Shown: piece by piece, positions 53,782 to 63,356 of the stretch
How the letters are laid out: each line of letters opens with the position of its first letter
Numbering within the stretch: the stretch's first letter is position 1
Assembly (NCBI GenBank): GCA_050249195.1
Contig: JBFWQY010000021.1
Location: 10,012-74,011 of the forward strand
Length of the DNA stretch: 64,000 bases
Direction of reading: 5' to 3'
Source: Bdellovibrionales bacterium
Lineage (GTDB): Bacteria; Bdellovibrionota; Bdellovibrionia; Bdellovibrionales; UBA1609
Program-made: the position numbers and the translations under genes
Notes under the pieces: model-generated
The model's input: only the letters and a program-made list of their open reading frames with translations
Databases searched by the model: none
What the model was told of the DNA's origin: nothing

Positions 53782-54774
53782 ATGGCGCAGTTTAGATCAC
53801 GTCTTGCGGGGACAGGCTCATTTTTACCTGAAAAGCGCCTTTCCAATGAGGACCTCGAAAAGATGGTCGATACCAACGACCAGTGGATCCGGGAACGCAC
53901 CGGAATTCGGTGGCGTCGGATCGCCGATGAGGGCGTCAATACCAGCGACTTGGCGCTAAGGGCCTCACAGCGCGCACTCGAGGCCGCGCAAATCGGTCCA
54001 CGTGACATTGACATGATCGTGGTCGGGACCGTGTCACCCGACCAACCCATGCCGAACACCGCATGTGTTCTTCAACACAAACTCGGAGCTCGCGATTGCA
54101 TGGCGGTCGATATCTCGGCCGCCTGTACCGGATTTGTTTATGGATACTCCATCGCGGACCAGTTCATTCGATCCGGAACTTACAGAAACATATTGGTAGT
54201 GGGCGCCGAGGTCTTGCATCGGTACGTAAATTACAAGGACCGCGAGACATGCATTCTGTTCGGGGACGCGGCCGGGGCCGCGGTGGTTTCGCGTGCGCGG
54301 GACGATGAAGATTCGCAAGTCTATAGCGTCCATTTGCATGCCGACGGTAGTATTTCCGATCTTTTTGTTCTTCCCGCGGGGGGCTCCGCCATTCCCTTTA
54401 GTCAAAGGGTGCTTGAAGAGAATCTCCAATACGTGCGGATGAAGGGTCGCGAGATTTTTAGACATGCTGTGCGCACCATGTCTCAATGCTGCGAGGAAGC
54501 GCTCCAGGCGAACAATATGAAACCCGAAGAGGTGTCTTGGGTTGTTCCTCACCAGGCCAATTTGCGAATCATTGAGGCGGTGGCCAAACATTTTGGAATT
54601 CCGATGGAAAAGGTTGTGGTTGAAATTGAAGACACGGCCAATACATCTGCCGCAACCGTGATTGTGGCTCTGGATCGCGCTATCCGCGATGGCCGGATCC
54701 GTCGAGGTCAAAACCTGCTGTTGACAGCCTTTGGTGCTGGGATCACGAGCGGGTCCATATTGATGAGGTATTAG
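53782..54774 (+). CDS. fabH: 3-oxoacyl-ACP synthase III
   Basis: TNDQWIRERTGI, the active-site Cys block DISAACTGFVYG, VPHQANLRI, GNTSAAT-like NTSAATV, and FGAGITSG. Confidence 0.9.
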   Translation: MAQFRSRLAGTGSFLPEKRLSNEDLEKMVDTNDQWIRERTGIRWRRIADEGVNTSDLALRASQRALEAAQIGPRDIDMIVVGTVSPDQPMPNTACVLQHKLGARDCMAVDISAACTGFVYGYSIADQFIRSGTYRNILVVGAEVLHRYVNYKDRETCILFGDAAGAAVVSRARDDEDSQVYSVHLHADGSISDLFVLPAGGSAIPFSQRVLEENLQYVRMKGREIFRHAVRTMSQCCEEALQANNMKPEEVSWVVPHQANLRIIEAVAKHFGIPMEKVVVEIEDTANTSAATVIVALDRAIRDGRIRRGQNLLLTAFGAGITSGSILMRY

Positions 54775-54778
54775 ACGT

Positions 54779-55750
54779 ATGTGGAGCGCTCTTTTTCCAG
54801 GACAGGGAAGCCAGCATCCAGGCATGGGTAAGTTCTTGTTTGATGAATTTGCCAGTGCTCGCGAAACTTTTGAGGAAGGTTCCGATGCACTGAATCTGGA
54901 TCTCAGAAAGTTATGTTTCGAAGGTTCGGAAGCGGAGCTGGCACTCACTCACAATACGCAGCCGTGCCTTCTTCTTGTGTCTACGGCCACGTATCGTGTT
55001 TTGAATGGCGAGTTTGGCTTTATGCCGCAAAATGCGGCCGGTCATTCCGTTGGCGAATATGCGGCCGTAGTGGCTGCCGGTAGCCTCGCTTTTTCATTGG
55101 CGATGAGGGCCGTGCGCGTGCGGGGCGAGGCTATGCAGTCGGCCGTTCCCGTAGGCCAGGGGGGGATGACGGCCGTGATGGGTCTTGATCCCCAACAGGT
55201 GTTTGAGCTTTGCGCCTGGGCGGAAAAAGAAAGCGGACAGGGTCCTGTTCAGCCGGCCAATATGAATGCTCCTGGGCAGATTGTGATCAGCGGCCGTAAG
55301 ACTGCTTTGGATTGGATACCGGCTCATTATCGATCTGATCTTTTTCCAGGGGCGCCTCGCGTCAAGTTTATTCCTCTTAAGGTCTCGGCTCCTTTTCACT
55401 GTTCTTTAATGAAGCCGGCCGAGGAGAAAATGGCCTCCGTATTAGGCGAAATGAAGTTCTCCGACGCTCGCTTTCCAATTATCCAAAATGTAAATGCGAA
55501 ACCTGTACGGGCGGCAACGGAGCTGCGCACCAACCTGGTTCAACAAGTCACCGCACCTGTACGGTGGATTGAGTGCGTGCAGACCCTTATACAAGGGGGT
55601 ACGTCGCGGGCTGTTGAAGTTGGATGTGGAAAAGTCCTTACAGGACTTGCCAAAAAAATTGACTCTGAATCCTTGCGGACATTCAATATCAATTCTTTGG
55701 ATGATATGCGAACGCTTGAGAGCGAATTTAAGGCGCTTCTCAAGGCATAA
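54779..55750 (+). CDS. fabD: Malonyl-CoA:ACP transacylase
   Basis: LFPGQGSQHPGMG, the active-site GHSVGEYAA, and SAPFHCSLMKPA. Confidence 0.9.
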   Translation: MWSALFPGQGSQHPGMGKFLFDEFASARETFEEGSDALNLDLRKLCFEGSEAELALTHNTQPCLLLVSTATYRVLNGEFGFMPQNAAGHSVGEYAAVVAAGSLAFSLAMRAVRVRGEAMQSAVPVGQGGMTAVMGLDPQQVFELCAWAEKESGQGPVQPANMNAPGQIVISGRKTALDWIPAHYRSDLFPGAPRVKFIPLKVSAPFHCSLMKPAEEKMASVLGEMKFSDARFPIIQNVNAKPVRAATELRTNLVQQVTAPVRWIECVQTLIQGGTSRAVEVGCGKVLTGLAKKIDSESLRTFNINSLDDMRTLESEFKALLKA

Positions 55751-55768
55751 ATTAAGGCGAAAGCAAGA

Positions 55769-56509
55769 ATGTTGAATTTGGCAGGAAAGCGCATTGTGGT
55801 GACCGGATCCAGTCGCGGAATCGGAGCGGGACTGGTCAAATTTCTAGCGGCTCAGGGAGCAAAGGTGACCGTCACCTATTCCTCTCATCCCGGGCCGGCA
55901 GAAACCGTGTTTGCAGGTCTTACAGGCGAGGGACACTTGCTACTGCCTTTGAACGTGACGTCCTCTGAATCGGTGGACCACGCCTTTTCTCAAATTCTTG
56001 AAAGATGGGGCGGCCTTGACGGGTTAGTTAATAATGCGGGAATCACCCGTGATCAGCTCTTGCTTCGAATGAAGGACGAAGATTTTGATGCGGTCATGAG
56101 TACCAATTTAAGAGGTTCTTACCTTTGCACCAAGGCCGCCATGCGTTCCATGTTGAAGGCCCGTGCAGGTTCCATTGTGAATGTCTCAAGCGTCATTGGC
56201 CAGATGGGAAACGCGGGACAAGCCAATTACGGCGCCAGCAAGGCCGGCTTGGAGGGTTTTACCCGTTCCGTGGCTCTAGAGGTCGCAACACGTGGGATCC
56301 GTGTCAATGCGGTGGCTCCCGGTTTTATCGTGACGGACATGACGGAGGGCTTGGATGAGCAGCAAAAATCAGCCATCCAGAGCCGCATCCCGCTTCAACG
56401 GCTCGGAAGTGTCGAAGATGTGGCGCAGTCCATTGCCTTTTTGTTGAGCGACATGGCGTTCTATATTACAGGTCAGGTCATTCATGTGAATGGTGGGATG
56501 TACATGTAA
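55769..56509 (+). CDS. fabG: 3-oxoacyl-ACP reductase
   Basis: [28 protein letters not shown] (YxxxK), and [12 protein letters not shown] at the C-terminus. Confidence 0.9.
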   Translation: MLNLAGKRIVVTGSSRGIGAGLVKFLAAQGAKVTVTYSSHPGPAETVFAGLTGEGHLLLPLNVTSSESVDHAFSQILERWGGLDGLVNNAGITRDQLLLRMKDEDFDAVMSTNLRGSYLCTKAAMRSMLKARAGSIVNVSSVIGQMGNAGQANYGASKAGLEGFTRSVALEVATRGIRVNAVAPGFIVTDMTEGLDEQQKSAIQSRIPLQRLGSVEDVAQSIAFLLSDMAFYITGQVIHVNGGMYM

Positions 56510-56585
56510 ACCCAGATCGGCCACCGTTTTGGATATAAACGGTTCGAGTGGAATTGAACTTAAGTTGAAGCCAAAAGGAGAAATT

Positions 56586-56822
56586 ATGTCACTGCAACCT
56601 AAAGTCATGAAAATTATCGAAGAACAGCTGGGCGTGGACCCGGAGCGGGTTAAACCTGAGTCCTCATTTATTGATGACCTCGGCGCCGATAGCCTCGATA
56701 TTGTTGAGCTGGTTATGGCCATGGAGGAAGAATTTGAAATTGAAATCCCAGACGAGGATGCCGAGAAGCTGCGCACCGTTCAGGATGTGATGAAGTATCT
56801 TGAAACCAAAGGTAAAGCTTAA
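56586..56822 (+). CDS. acpP: Acyl carrier protein
   Basis: 78 aa starting at ATG 56586, with the phosphopantetheine site [19 protein letters not shown]. The track ORF 56490.. includes an upstream extension overlapping fabG. Confidence 0.9.
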   Translation: MSLQPKVMKIIEEQLGVDPERVKPESSFIDDLGADSLDIVELVMAMEEEFEIEIPDEDAEKLRTVQDVMKYLETKGKA

Positions 56823-56834
56823 GAGCTTAAGGAA

Positions 56835-58103
56835 TTGTTCGTGAGCACGAATGTCTTCGTACGTCCCACGCCCCCGCAGCGTCGGGTCGTGGTTACAGGA
56901 ATGGGTTTGATCACTCCGCTGGGGCTCAATGTCGAGGACAGTTGGAAGGGTTTGGTACAGGGGAAATCTGGGATTGGTCCGATCACGCAGTTCGATGCGT
57001 CCACCTACGACGCTCGCATCGCGGGAGAAATCAAAGGATTCAATGCCGACCTTTACGTGCCCAAAAAAGAACAGAAGAAGATGGATCGTTTTATCCAGCT
57101 TTCTCTGGCGGCCGCGAAGATGGCGCTCGACGACTCTCAGTTTAAAGCGGAAGACACCTCGCGCGTGGGAACTGTGGTGGGCGTTGGTATGGGGGGGCTC
57201 CCCTTTATCGAAACCCAGTATTCGATCTTGAAGGAGCGGGGCCCCGGCCGCGTTTCCCCGTTCTTTATTCCCTCCGTGATCACGAATATGGCGGCCGGTC
57301 AGATCAGCATGGCCTATGGATTTCGCGGCCCAAATTACTGCGTCACCTCCGCTTGTGCTTCCGGTGCACATGCCCTAGGGGAAGCGGCTGAGTTTATTCG
57401 CTCCGGCAGGTGCGATGTGATGATCGCGGGCGGAGCGGAAGCGGTGGTCACGCCGATGGCGATTGCGGGCTTTTCGTCCATGCGTGCCTTGAGCACGCGC
57501 AATGACAATCCGGCGGTGGCGAGCCGTCCTTGGGATCGGGATCGGGATGGCTTTGTGTTGTCCGAAGGTGTCGCCCTATTGATTCTTGAAGACTACGAGT
57601 ATGCCTCCCAGCGCGGAGCCCGGATCTATGCCGAGCTTTGCGGGTATGGAACGTCGTCCGACGCCTATCATATGACGTCGCCATCACCAGGGGGAGCCGG
57701 TGCGGCGCAGGCCATGAGCTACTGCCTAGAAGACGCACGTGTCGGGCCCGACCAGGTTGACTATATCAACGCGCACGGGACAAGCACCCCGGCCGGAGAT
57801 GAATTGGAAACGGAGGCGGTCAAAAAGGTTTTTGGCGATCATGCGAAATCCCTATGGATTTCCTCCACGAAAAGTATGATCGGACACACTCTGGGCGCCG
57901 CAGGAGCCGTGGAGAGTGTCATCTGCATACAGGCTCTCACCACGAGCATTGTTCCACCGACGATCAATTTGGATCATCCTAGCCCGGATTGTGATCTGGA
58001 TTACGTGCCCAAGACTGCACGTGAGAAGAAAATGAAATACATCTTGAACAACAGCTTTGGTTTTGGCGGGACCAACTGCAGCCTGCTGTTTGGTCAAGTC
58101 TGA
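56835..58103 (+). CDS. fabF: 3-oxoacyl-ACP synthase II
   Basis: RVVVTGMGLITPLG, the active-site SACASGAHA, NAHGTSTPAGD, and STKSMIGHTLGAAG. Confidence 0.9.
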   Translation: MFVSTNVFVRPTPPQRRVVVTGMGLITPLGLNVEDSWKGLVQGKSGIGPITQFDASTYDARIAGEIKGFNADLYVPKKEQKKMDRFIQLSLAAAKMALDDSQFKAEDTSRVGTVVGVGMGGLPFIETQYSILKERGPGRVSPFFIPSVITNMAAGQISMAYGFRGPNYCVTSACASGAHALGEAAEFIRSGRCDVMIAGGAEAVVTPMAIAGFSSMRALSTRNDNPAVASRPWDRDRDGFVLSEGVALLILEDYEYASQRGARIYAELCGYGTSSDAYHMTSPSPGGAGAAQAMSYCLEDARVGPDQVDYINAHGTSTPAGDELETEAVKKVFGDHAKSLWISSTKSMIGHTLGAAGAVESVICIQALTTSIVPPTINLDHPSPDCDLDYVPKTAREKKMKYILNNSFGFGGTNCSLLFGQV

Positions 58104-58561
58104 TGCTTTCCGAACAGGGGACTCGGCTTCCGATTAAAACCCTCTTTGTGGCCAGTGATCATGCCGGCCTTGAGCTCAAGCAGCATTTAATCGGACGTTA
58201 TCCCTTTCTCCCTTGGAAGGATTTGGGCACCAAGACGACGGAGTCCGTGGACTATCCGGACTATGCGGCCCAACTCTGCCTGGCTCTGCAGTCCGAGGTG
58301 ACGGAGAGTCGAGGAGTCTTGATCTGTGGTAGTGGACAGGGAATGGCCATTCGGGCCAACCGGTTCCCCTTTGTACGGGCAGCTCTGTGTTGGACCGAGG
58401 AGGTCGCAAAACTGTCGCGCCAACACAATGACGCCAATGTGCTTTGCCTCGGCGGCCGTTTCACTGTATTTTCCGTGGCGGAAAGAATTTTGAGTGCATT
58501 TTTGCAAACGCCATTTGAAGGCGGTCGCCATCAGGGACGTGTGGATAAACTTTCCTGTTAA
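58103..58561 (+). CDS. rpiB: Ribose-5-phosphate isomerase B
   Basis: LFVASDHAGLELKQHL, LICGSGQGMAIRANR, and NDANVLCLGGR. The start shares one base with the fabF stop (TGATG). Confidence 0.85.
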   Translation: MLSEQGTRLPIKTLFVASDHAGLELKQHLIGRYPFLPWKDLGTKTTESVDYPDYAAQLCLALQSEVTESRGVLICGSGQGMAIRANRFPFVRAALCWTEEVAKLSRQHNDANVLCLGGRFTVFSVAERILSAFLQTPFEGGRHQGRVDKLSC

Positions 58562-58647
58562 AGCTTTATAGCTTTTAAGATTTTTAATACTGATAGAAGC
58601 TCAGAGCTAAACACAGCTGATGACAAGAATAAACGAAAGGACCCTGA

Positions 58648-59898
58648 ATGCTCACTTTGCAAGACGGGCTCGCCCGTAAAGACCCCGAGCTCAGTGCCTA
58701 CATTCAGCAGGAGATGGAACGTCAGGAATACGGCCTGGAGATGATCGCCTCGGAAAACTACGCTTCTCGAGCCGTAATGGAAGCACAAGGCTCCATTCTT
58801 ACTAACAAATACGCCGAAGGCTATCCGGGCAAGCGCTATTACGGCGGCTGCGAATTCGTGGACCATATTGAACAACTGGCCATTGATCGCGCGTGCAAGC
58901 TATTTGGTTGTGAGCACGCCAATGTGCAACCCCATTCCGGGTCTCAAGCCAATATGGCGGTGTATTTGGCGGCGGCTCAGGCCGGCGATACGATTATGGG
59001 CATGGACTTGGCACATGGCGGTCATCTGACTCACGGAAGCCCAGTTAATTTTTCCGGAATTCTCTTTCGGGCGGCGCACTACGGATTGGATCCGGAAACA
59101 GGACGTCTGAATTATGATCGCATCCGCGATGCGGCTAAGCAGCATCAACCTAAACTCCTGATCGCGGGATATAGTGCGTATCCGCGCCTTCTGGATTTTT
59201 CACTCTTCAGGCAAATCGCGGATGAAGTGGGCGCAACGTTGCTTGTCGATATGGCTCATTTTGCGGGCTTAGTTGCGGCTGGTATTCATCCATCTCCTGT
59301 TCCTCACGCAGATTATGTTACAACAACAACCCACAAAACCCTGCGGGGCCCCCGTGGCGGAATGATTTTATGCACCCATGAGCGGGCGAAGACTCTAAAT
59401 TCGAAGATTTTTCCTGGAATTCAGGGCGGGCCTCTCGAGCATGTGATTGCCGCGAAAGCTGTGGCCTTTGGCGAGGCCCTGCAGCCGGAATTTAAGTCCT
59501 ATTCGCAGCAAGTGGTTCGCAATGCTCAGGCCCTGGCCCAGGGGCTGCTTGGCGAGGGTTTTGACCTTGTCACCGGAGGGACCGACAATCATCTGATTCT
59601 AGTGGACCTTTCCCGCCGCGAAATCACAGGTAAAGATGCGGAGCGAGCTTTGGATCAAGCCGGAATCACGGTAAACAAAAACACAGTTCCCAATGAAAAG
59701 CGGTCTCCGTTTGTCACAAGCGGTGTTCGAATCGGGACACCGGCCCTCACCACGCGTGGAATGAAAGAAAAGGAGATGACTCTCATTGCGGGATGGATTG
59801 CGCACGTTCTGCGAGACCCTACCAATGAGTCCGGAATTCAGAAGATCAAGGGCCAGGTTCGTGAGCTGTGCTTGAGTTTTCCGATCTATCGTCACTAA
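58648..59898 (+). CDS. glyA: Serine hydroxymethyltransferase
   Basis: [51 protein letters not shown] (PLP Lys), and VNKNTVPNE. Confidence 0.95.
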   Translation: MLTLQDGLARKDPELSAYIQQEMERQEYGLEMIASENYASRAVMEAQGSILTNKYAEGYPGKRYYGGCEFVDHIEQLAIDRACKLFGCEHANVQPHSGSQANMAVYLAAAQAGDTIMGMDLAHGGHLTHGSPVNFSGILFRAAHYGLDPETGRLNYDRIRDAAKQHQPKLLIAGYSAYPRLLDFSLFRQIADEVGATLLVDMAHFAGLVAAGIHPSPVPHADYVTTTTHKTLRGPRGGMILCTHERAKTLNSKIFPGIQGGPLEHVIAAKAVAFGEALQPEFKSYSQQVVRNAQALAQGLLGEGFDLVTGGTDNHLILVDLSRREITGKDAERALDQAGITVNKNTVPNEKRSPFVTSGVRIGTPALTTRGMKEKEMTLIAGWIAHVLRDPTNESGIQKIKGQVRELCLSFPIYRH

Positions 59899-59908
59899 CA
59901 TTGAGGAG

Positions 59909-60475
59909 ATGATCCGGATTCTTTCTCCTCTCTTTGTCCCAATCGCAATGACAATGACATTGACGCTTGCTTCCTGTGCTCACTACCGCAGCGGCAGTGG
60001 CGGTTTTAAACGTCCGAGCGAATACACGAACGGTCAATCGGCGCTCTCGGAAATCGGGTCTTATCGGCCTCGCGAGAGCTTCAAATTGTTTTGGCCGGTG
60101 AAGGACGTTCGCCTCAGCCGGGGATTTCGTCCGAAGAACGCTCCTCGCCACGAGGGCGTGGATCTGGGTGGAAAGAAAGGACTGCCGATCCGAGCAGCCC
60201 ATGAAGGAATCGTGATCTATTCGGGGCGCGACTTCCGCGGCTATGGCAACATGGTCTTGATTGAGTATGACCGGAACTGGGCCACGCTCTACGCCCATTT
60301 GCACGAAATCCACGCCCGAGAGGGCATGATCGTGCGCCCCGGAGATCCACTGGGAACTATGGGCCGCACCGGCCGCGCAACGGGCGTGCACTTGCATTTT
60401 GAGCTCTTGCACAAGCGCCAGCCCGTTGATCCTCTGCCCTACCTGGCACGTCCCCACCACTTCGCCTCACAATAA
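59909..60475 (+). CDS. M23-family metallopeptidase lipoprotein
   Basis: Lipobox LASC. HEGVDLGG (HxxxD) and GRATGVHLHFEL (HxH) motifs. Confidence 0.8.
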   Translation: MIRILSPLFVPIAMTMTLTLASCAHYRSGSGGFKRPSEYTNGQSALSEIGSYRPRESFKLFWPVKDVRLSRGFRPKNAPRHEGVDLGGKKGLPIRAAHEGIVIYSGRDFRGYGNMVLIEYDRNWATLYAHLHEIHAREGMIVRPGDPLGTMGRTGRATGVHLHFELLHKRQPVDPLPYLARPHHFASQ

Positions 60476-60813
60476 GGCTTGAGGGTGGTCATATACCACT
60501 GCGCGATCACACGTCCCGCGCAAAGCCAGAACAAGGCCGTCATAAAAACGGTCAGGGCCACCAACGCAAACAGCCAATGCGGCGCCGGCAAATGAAACAG
60601 ACCCGACAGCTTTTCAGAAATTCGCCCCTCATTTTGAATGTCCTGCAAATAGGCGGAAGCGGTCCACACCAGCGCGGCGGCTCCCGCCGCTTGGCCACTC
60701 GGACCCGGTTGCGGCCGAAGCCCAATTCCCATGAGCGCCGCTGCCAATACGGTCCCCCACCAAGGTAGGATCCAGATCACAGGAAGAAACACAGCAAGCG
60801 CGAAAAAAAACAT
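60439..60813 (-). CDS. Hypothetical small membrane protein
   Basis: ATG at 60813 (MFFFALAVFLPVIWILPWWG...) with 3-4 hydrophobic helices. The track start at 60897 would overlap the acylase gene. The 3' end overlaps the M23 gene (convergent, 37 nt). Confidence 0.4.
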   Translation of the reverse strand: MFFFALAVFLPVIWILPWWGTVLAAALMGIGLRPQPGPSGQAAGAAALVWTASAYLQDIQNEGRISEKLSGLFHLPAPHWLFALVALTVFMTALFWLCAGRVIAQWYMTTLKPYCEAKWWGRAR

Positions 60814-60829
60814 TCCTTTTATCTCTTTC

Positions 60830-63277
60830 TCATCTCTTTCCCGCCACGGAATGGGGCTGGAATTCCACCACCCGCACGGCTTTGGCTCGAGCCTCACTCA
60901 GATTTTTGTAAAACTCTGCGGGGCGCATATCGCCCCGACTCCAAGCTTCGACGTCCTGACCGAATCGAGGTGAAAAGGGATCCCCTTCATTCCCGCCTGG
61001 CACCTGAATCCAAGCCCGAGGCCACTCCCCCAGCGCGACGACAATTTTATACACGGCCCCGTGCTGTCCTTTCTGTCCGCGGATGCTTTCTCCGGATCCA
61101 TCCATGGAAAGGACCTGACTTCCAAATCCGGGCAATCGTGCAATATGGGGGAGCTGAGTCGAATTATAAACCGCCCAAGTCCATTCTTCCGGATTTGAGC
61201 CGTGCTTGGCTTCGAGACGCTCCCAGGCCCGTTGAAAGGCACGGGTGATAAGATCGGGGGCTGACTCAACAGATTCTGTTTTGCGATTGTCGACCCATGC
61301 GGCGTCCGAATCCTTTGGATCACGCTCCACCCGTTCCAGCAGCCACAGCACTCTCAGATCTTTGGGATAAAAGTGTTTCGCTTGAACTTGATAATCATCG
61401 TTGAAGAGCTCTTCTTTCAACTGCCGAAACCAAGCTTTGAAGAGGGACGGTTCGACACTCGAAGCGCGATCCACAAAATCCCACGCGGAGAGTCTCTCGA
61501 CCCAGGACTTTTGCGGGAGGGTCAGACGCTCCTCCTGGATGTTCTTAAGGAGATGAGGAAGGATGAGCTCGGCCTGAAGGTCGGAGGCGTCATTCTGGAT
61601 GCGAATCATATCCTCCGGCGAAAATTTATCCTTTCCACGCAGGCGCCGTCGAATACTCATGGCTCGAAATGGCTCCTCCCAATCCCATCCCAAGTAGTGG
61701 GGAAACCGCTCATCCACGGCTCTTTGATTTGCGGACAAGACAAAGCCAGCAGCCGGATCGAGTGATCGAGGGAGTTCGTCGTCACTCAGGCCTTTTTCCA
61801 GTCCGCTTGTGGCGACTCGGCCATCCATCACAAACCGGCCGGAGCCGACATCACGCTTGGGGAGAAAACCCGTGTGTTGAAGCGCCACGTGATCGCGATC
61901 GGCGCAAATAAAGTTTTGGACCGGAACCCGCCAGGGACGAAATGCCCGCAGACACTCCGTAACCGTGCGACTCGAGAGAAGATCGCGGAAGGCCTTAAGT
62001 TCCTGACCCGGGCGATGGCCAGCCCAATCCGCGACGAGCCCGAGTCGGCCTTCCCGGTGCAGAAGCACGCCCAATTTGGTCCACACGACGTCAATGCGCC
62101 GAACGGCTCCACCGCGATCCTCAATCTCCTCTGTCTGGACCCGAGCCTCAACCCACCCGCCACGGTGGAGATACCGGTTAGAGGTGGCCGTTTCAAACTC
62201 CACTTCATAGTAATCGAGCACATCCGTGGTCCCGTTAGTCGGACCCCATGCCACGTCCTTGTTAAACCCGTTCACGAGCCCCGGTACGGCCGCCAAACTG
62301 ACGCCGTAGGCATTGAACTCAGGGCAGGAGAGCTGTGTCTCATACCAAATGTTGGGTAGAGACAGTCCAAGATGCGTGTCGTTGGCTAACAAACTGTTTC
62401 CGGTGGTGGATTTGTGCGGACCCACGGCCCAATTGTTGCTCCCGTTGCCAGCCGCCGGGAGAGGAAAAAAGGGAATATCCTTGAGCGCCGTACGGAAGGT
62501 GAATTGTTCCGCGCGCTCTTGTGGCCGTGGTCCACGGGACTGGACCTTCAGCGTGGGCACGACGATATCTTCGTAAGTCGAAGGCAAAAACTCGGGAAAC
62601 AGATCGAGAACAGACTCTGTGCCCAGCGTTTGCTGAATTCGGGTGAGAAAGGTGTCGTAACTCCGCCCCGCGAGTGAAAACGTGAGTGCTCTCCCCATAT
62701 GCATGACCTTGAGCACGGTAAAGGGCTCCGGACGAGTTCCAAGGAGCTTGTATTCAGGAGGAACATCTTTGAGGGTGCGGATATAGATGTTCACTCCGTC
62801 GACGAACGCTTCAAGCATTCTTCGAGCGCGCGCATCCTGAGTGAAGGACTTTTCCGCGATACGGGCGGATTCGCGCAAGCCAAAACGAACAAAGAACTCA
62901 TCCCGTTCCCGGGCCCGATCGCCCACCCACTCTCCCAACCGTCCCGCCGTCACTCGCGTCGCGAGATCCATTTGAAACAAGCGCTGCGATGCCATCACGT
63001 AGCCTTGCGCGCGGTAGAGATCCTCCTCGGACTCCGCAAAAAAATGCGGAACGCCGGCCGCATCGATAGCGACAGAAACGGGCCGATGCAGGCCCGGCAG
63101 TTCCGCGTCTTCAAGGCGCTGTTCCTCGTAAGCCCATATTCCGCTCTGAACATCCAGAAAAGGTCCCAGTGCCGGTAGGGACCCCGCACCCCAGGCCAGA
63201 ATACCGGTCCAGAGGACGGCTGCGAGCAGCCACAATCCGTTCCAGGGCCCAAATGACGGGCCAGATTTTCGAGTCAT
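60830..63277 (-). CDS. Penicillin acylase / acyl-homoserine-lactone acylase family (Ntn hydrolase)
   Basis: 815 aa with a signal peptide. The autoprocessing/nucleophile block is AAGNGSNNWAVGPHKSTTGNSLLANDTHL (G-S-N-N-W). The size is typical of the PvdQ/QuiP/PGA family. Confidence 0.85.
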   Translation of the reverse strand: MTRKSGPSFGPWNGLWLLAAVLWTGILAWGAGSLPALGPFLDVQSGIWAYEEQRLEDAELPGLHRPVSVAIDAAGVPHFFAESEEDLYRAQGYVMASQRLFQMDLATRVTAGRLGEWVGDRARERDEFFVRFGLRESARIAEKSFTQDARARRMLEAFVDGVNIYIRTLKDVPPEYKLLGTRPEPFTVLKVMHMGRALTFSLAGRSYDTFLTRIQQTLGTESVLDLFPEFLPSTYEDIVVPTLKVQSRGPRPQERAEQFTFRTALKDIPFFPLPAAGNGSNNWAVGPHKSTTGNSLLANDTHLGLSLPNIWYETQLSCPEFNAYGVSLAAVPGLVNGFNKDVAWGPTNGTTDVLDYYEVEFETATSNRYLHRGGWVEARVQTEEIEDRGGAVRRIDVVWTKLGVLLHREGRLGLVADWAGHRPGQELKAFRDLLSSRTVTECLRAFRPWRVPVQNFICADRDHVALQHTGFLPKRDVGSGRFVMDGRVATSGLEKGLSDDELPRSLDPAAGFVLSANQRAVDERFPHYLGWDWEEPFRAMSIRRRLRGKDKFSPEDMIRIQNDASDLQAELILPHLLKNIQEERLTLPQKSWVERLSAWDFVDRASSVEPSLFKAWFRQLKEELFNDDYQVQAKHFYPKDLRVLWLLERVERDPKDSDAAWVDNRKTESVESAPDLITRAFQRAWERLEAKHGSNPEEWTWAVYNSTQLPHIARLPGFGSQVLSMDGSGESIRGQKGQHGAVYKIVVALGEWPRAWIQVPGGNEGDPFSPRFGQDVEAWSRGDMRPAEFYKNLSEARAKAVRVVEFQPHSVAGKR

Positions 63278-63356
63278 GCCGCCAGTATGGCCAAGGTCGG
63301 CAGCGAATTCAAGCCACTTATCAACTGAATTAGTTTTGTTTAAAACTTGAATCCGC

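Noticed and set aside
54034-54948. 304-aa minus-strand ORF
   Set aside because: It is antisense to fabH/fabD and has no motifs.
56664-57371. 235-aa minus-strand ORF
   Set aside because: It is antisense to acpP/fabF and has no motifs.
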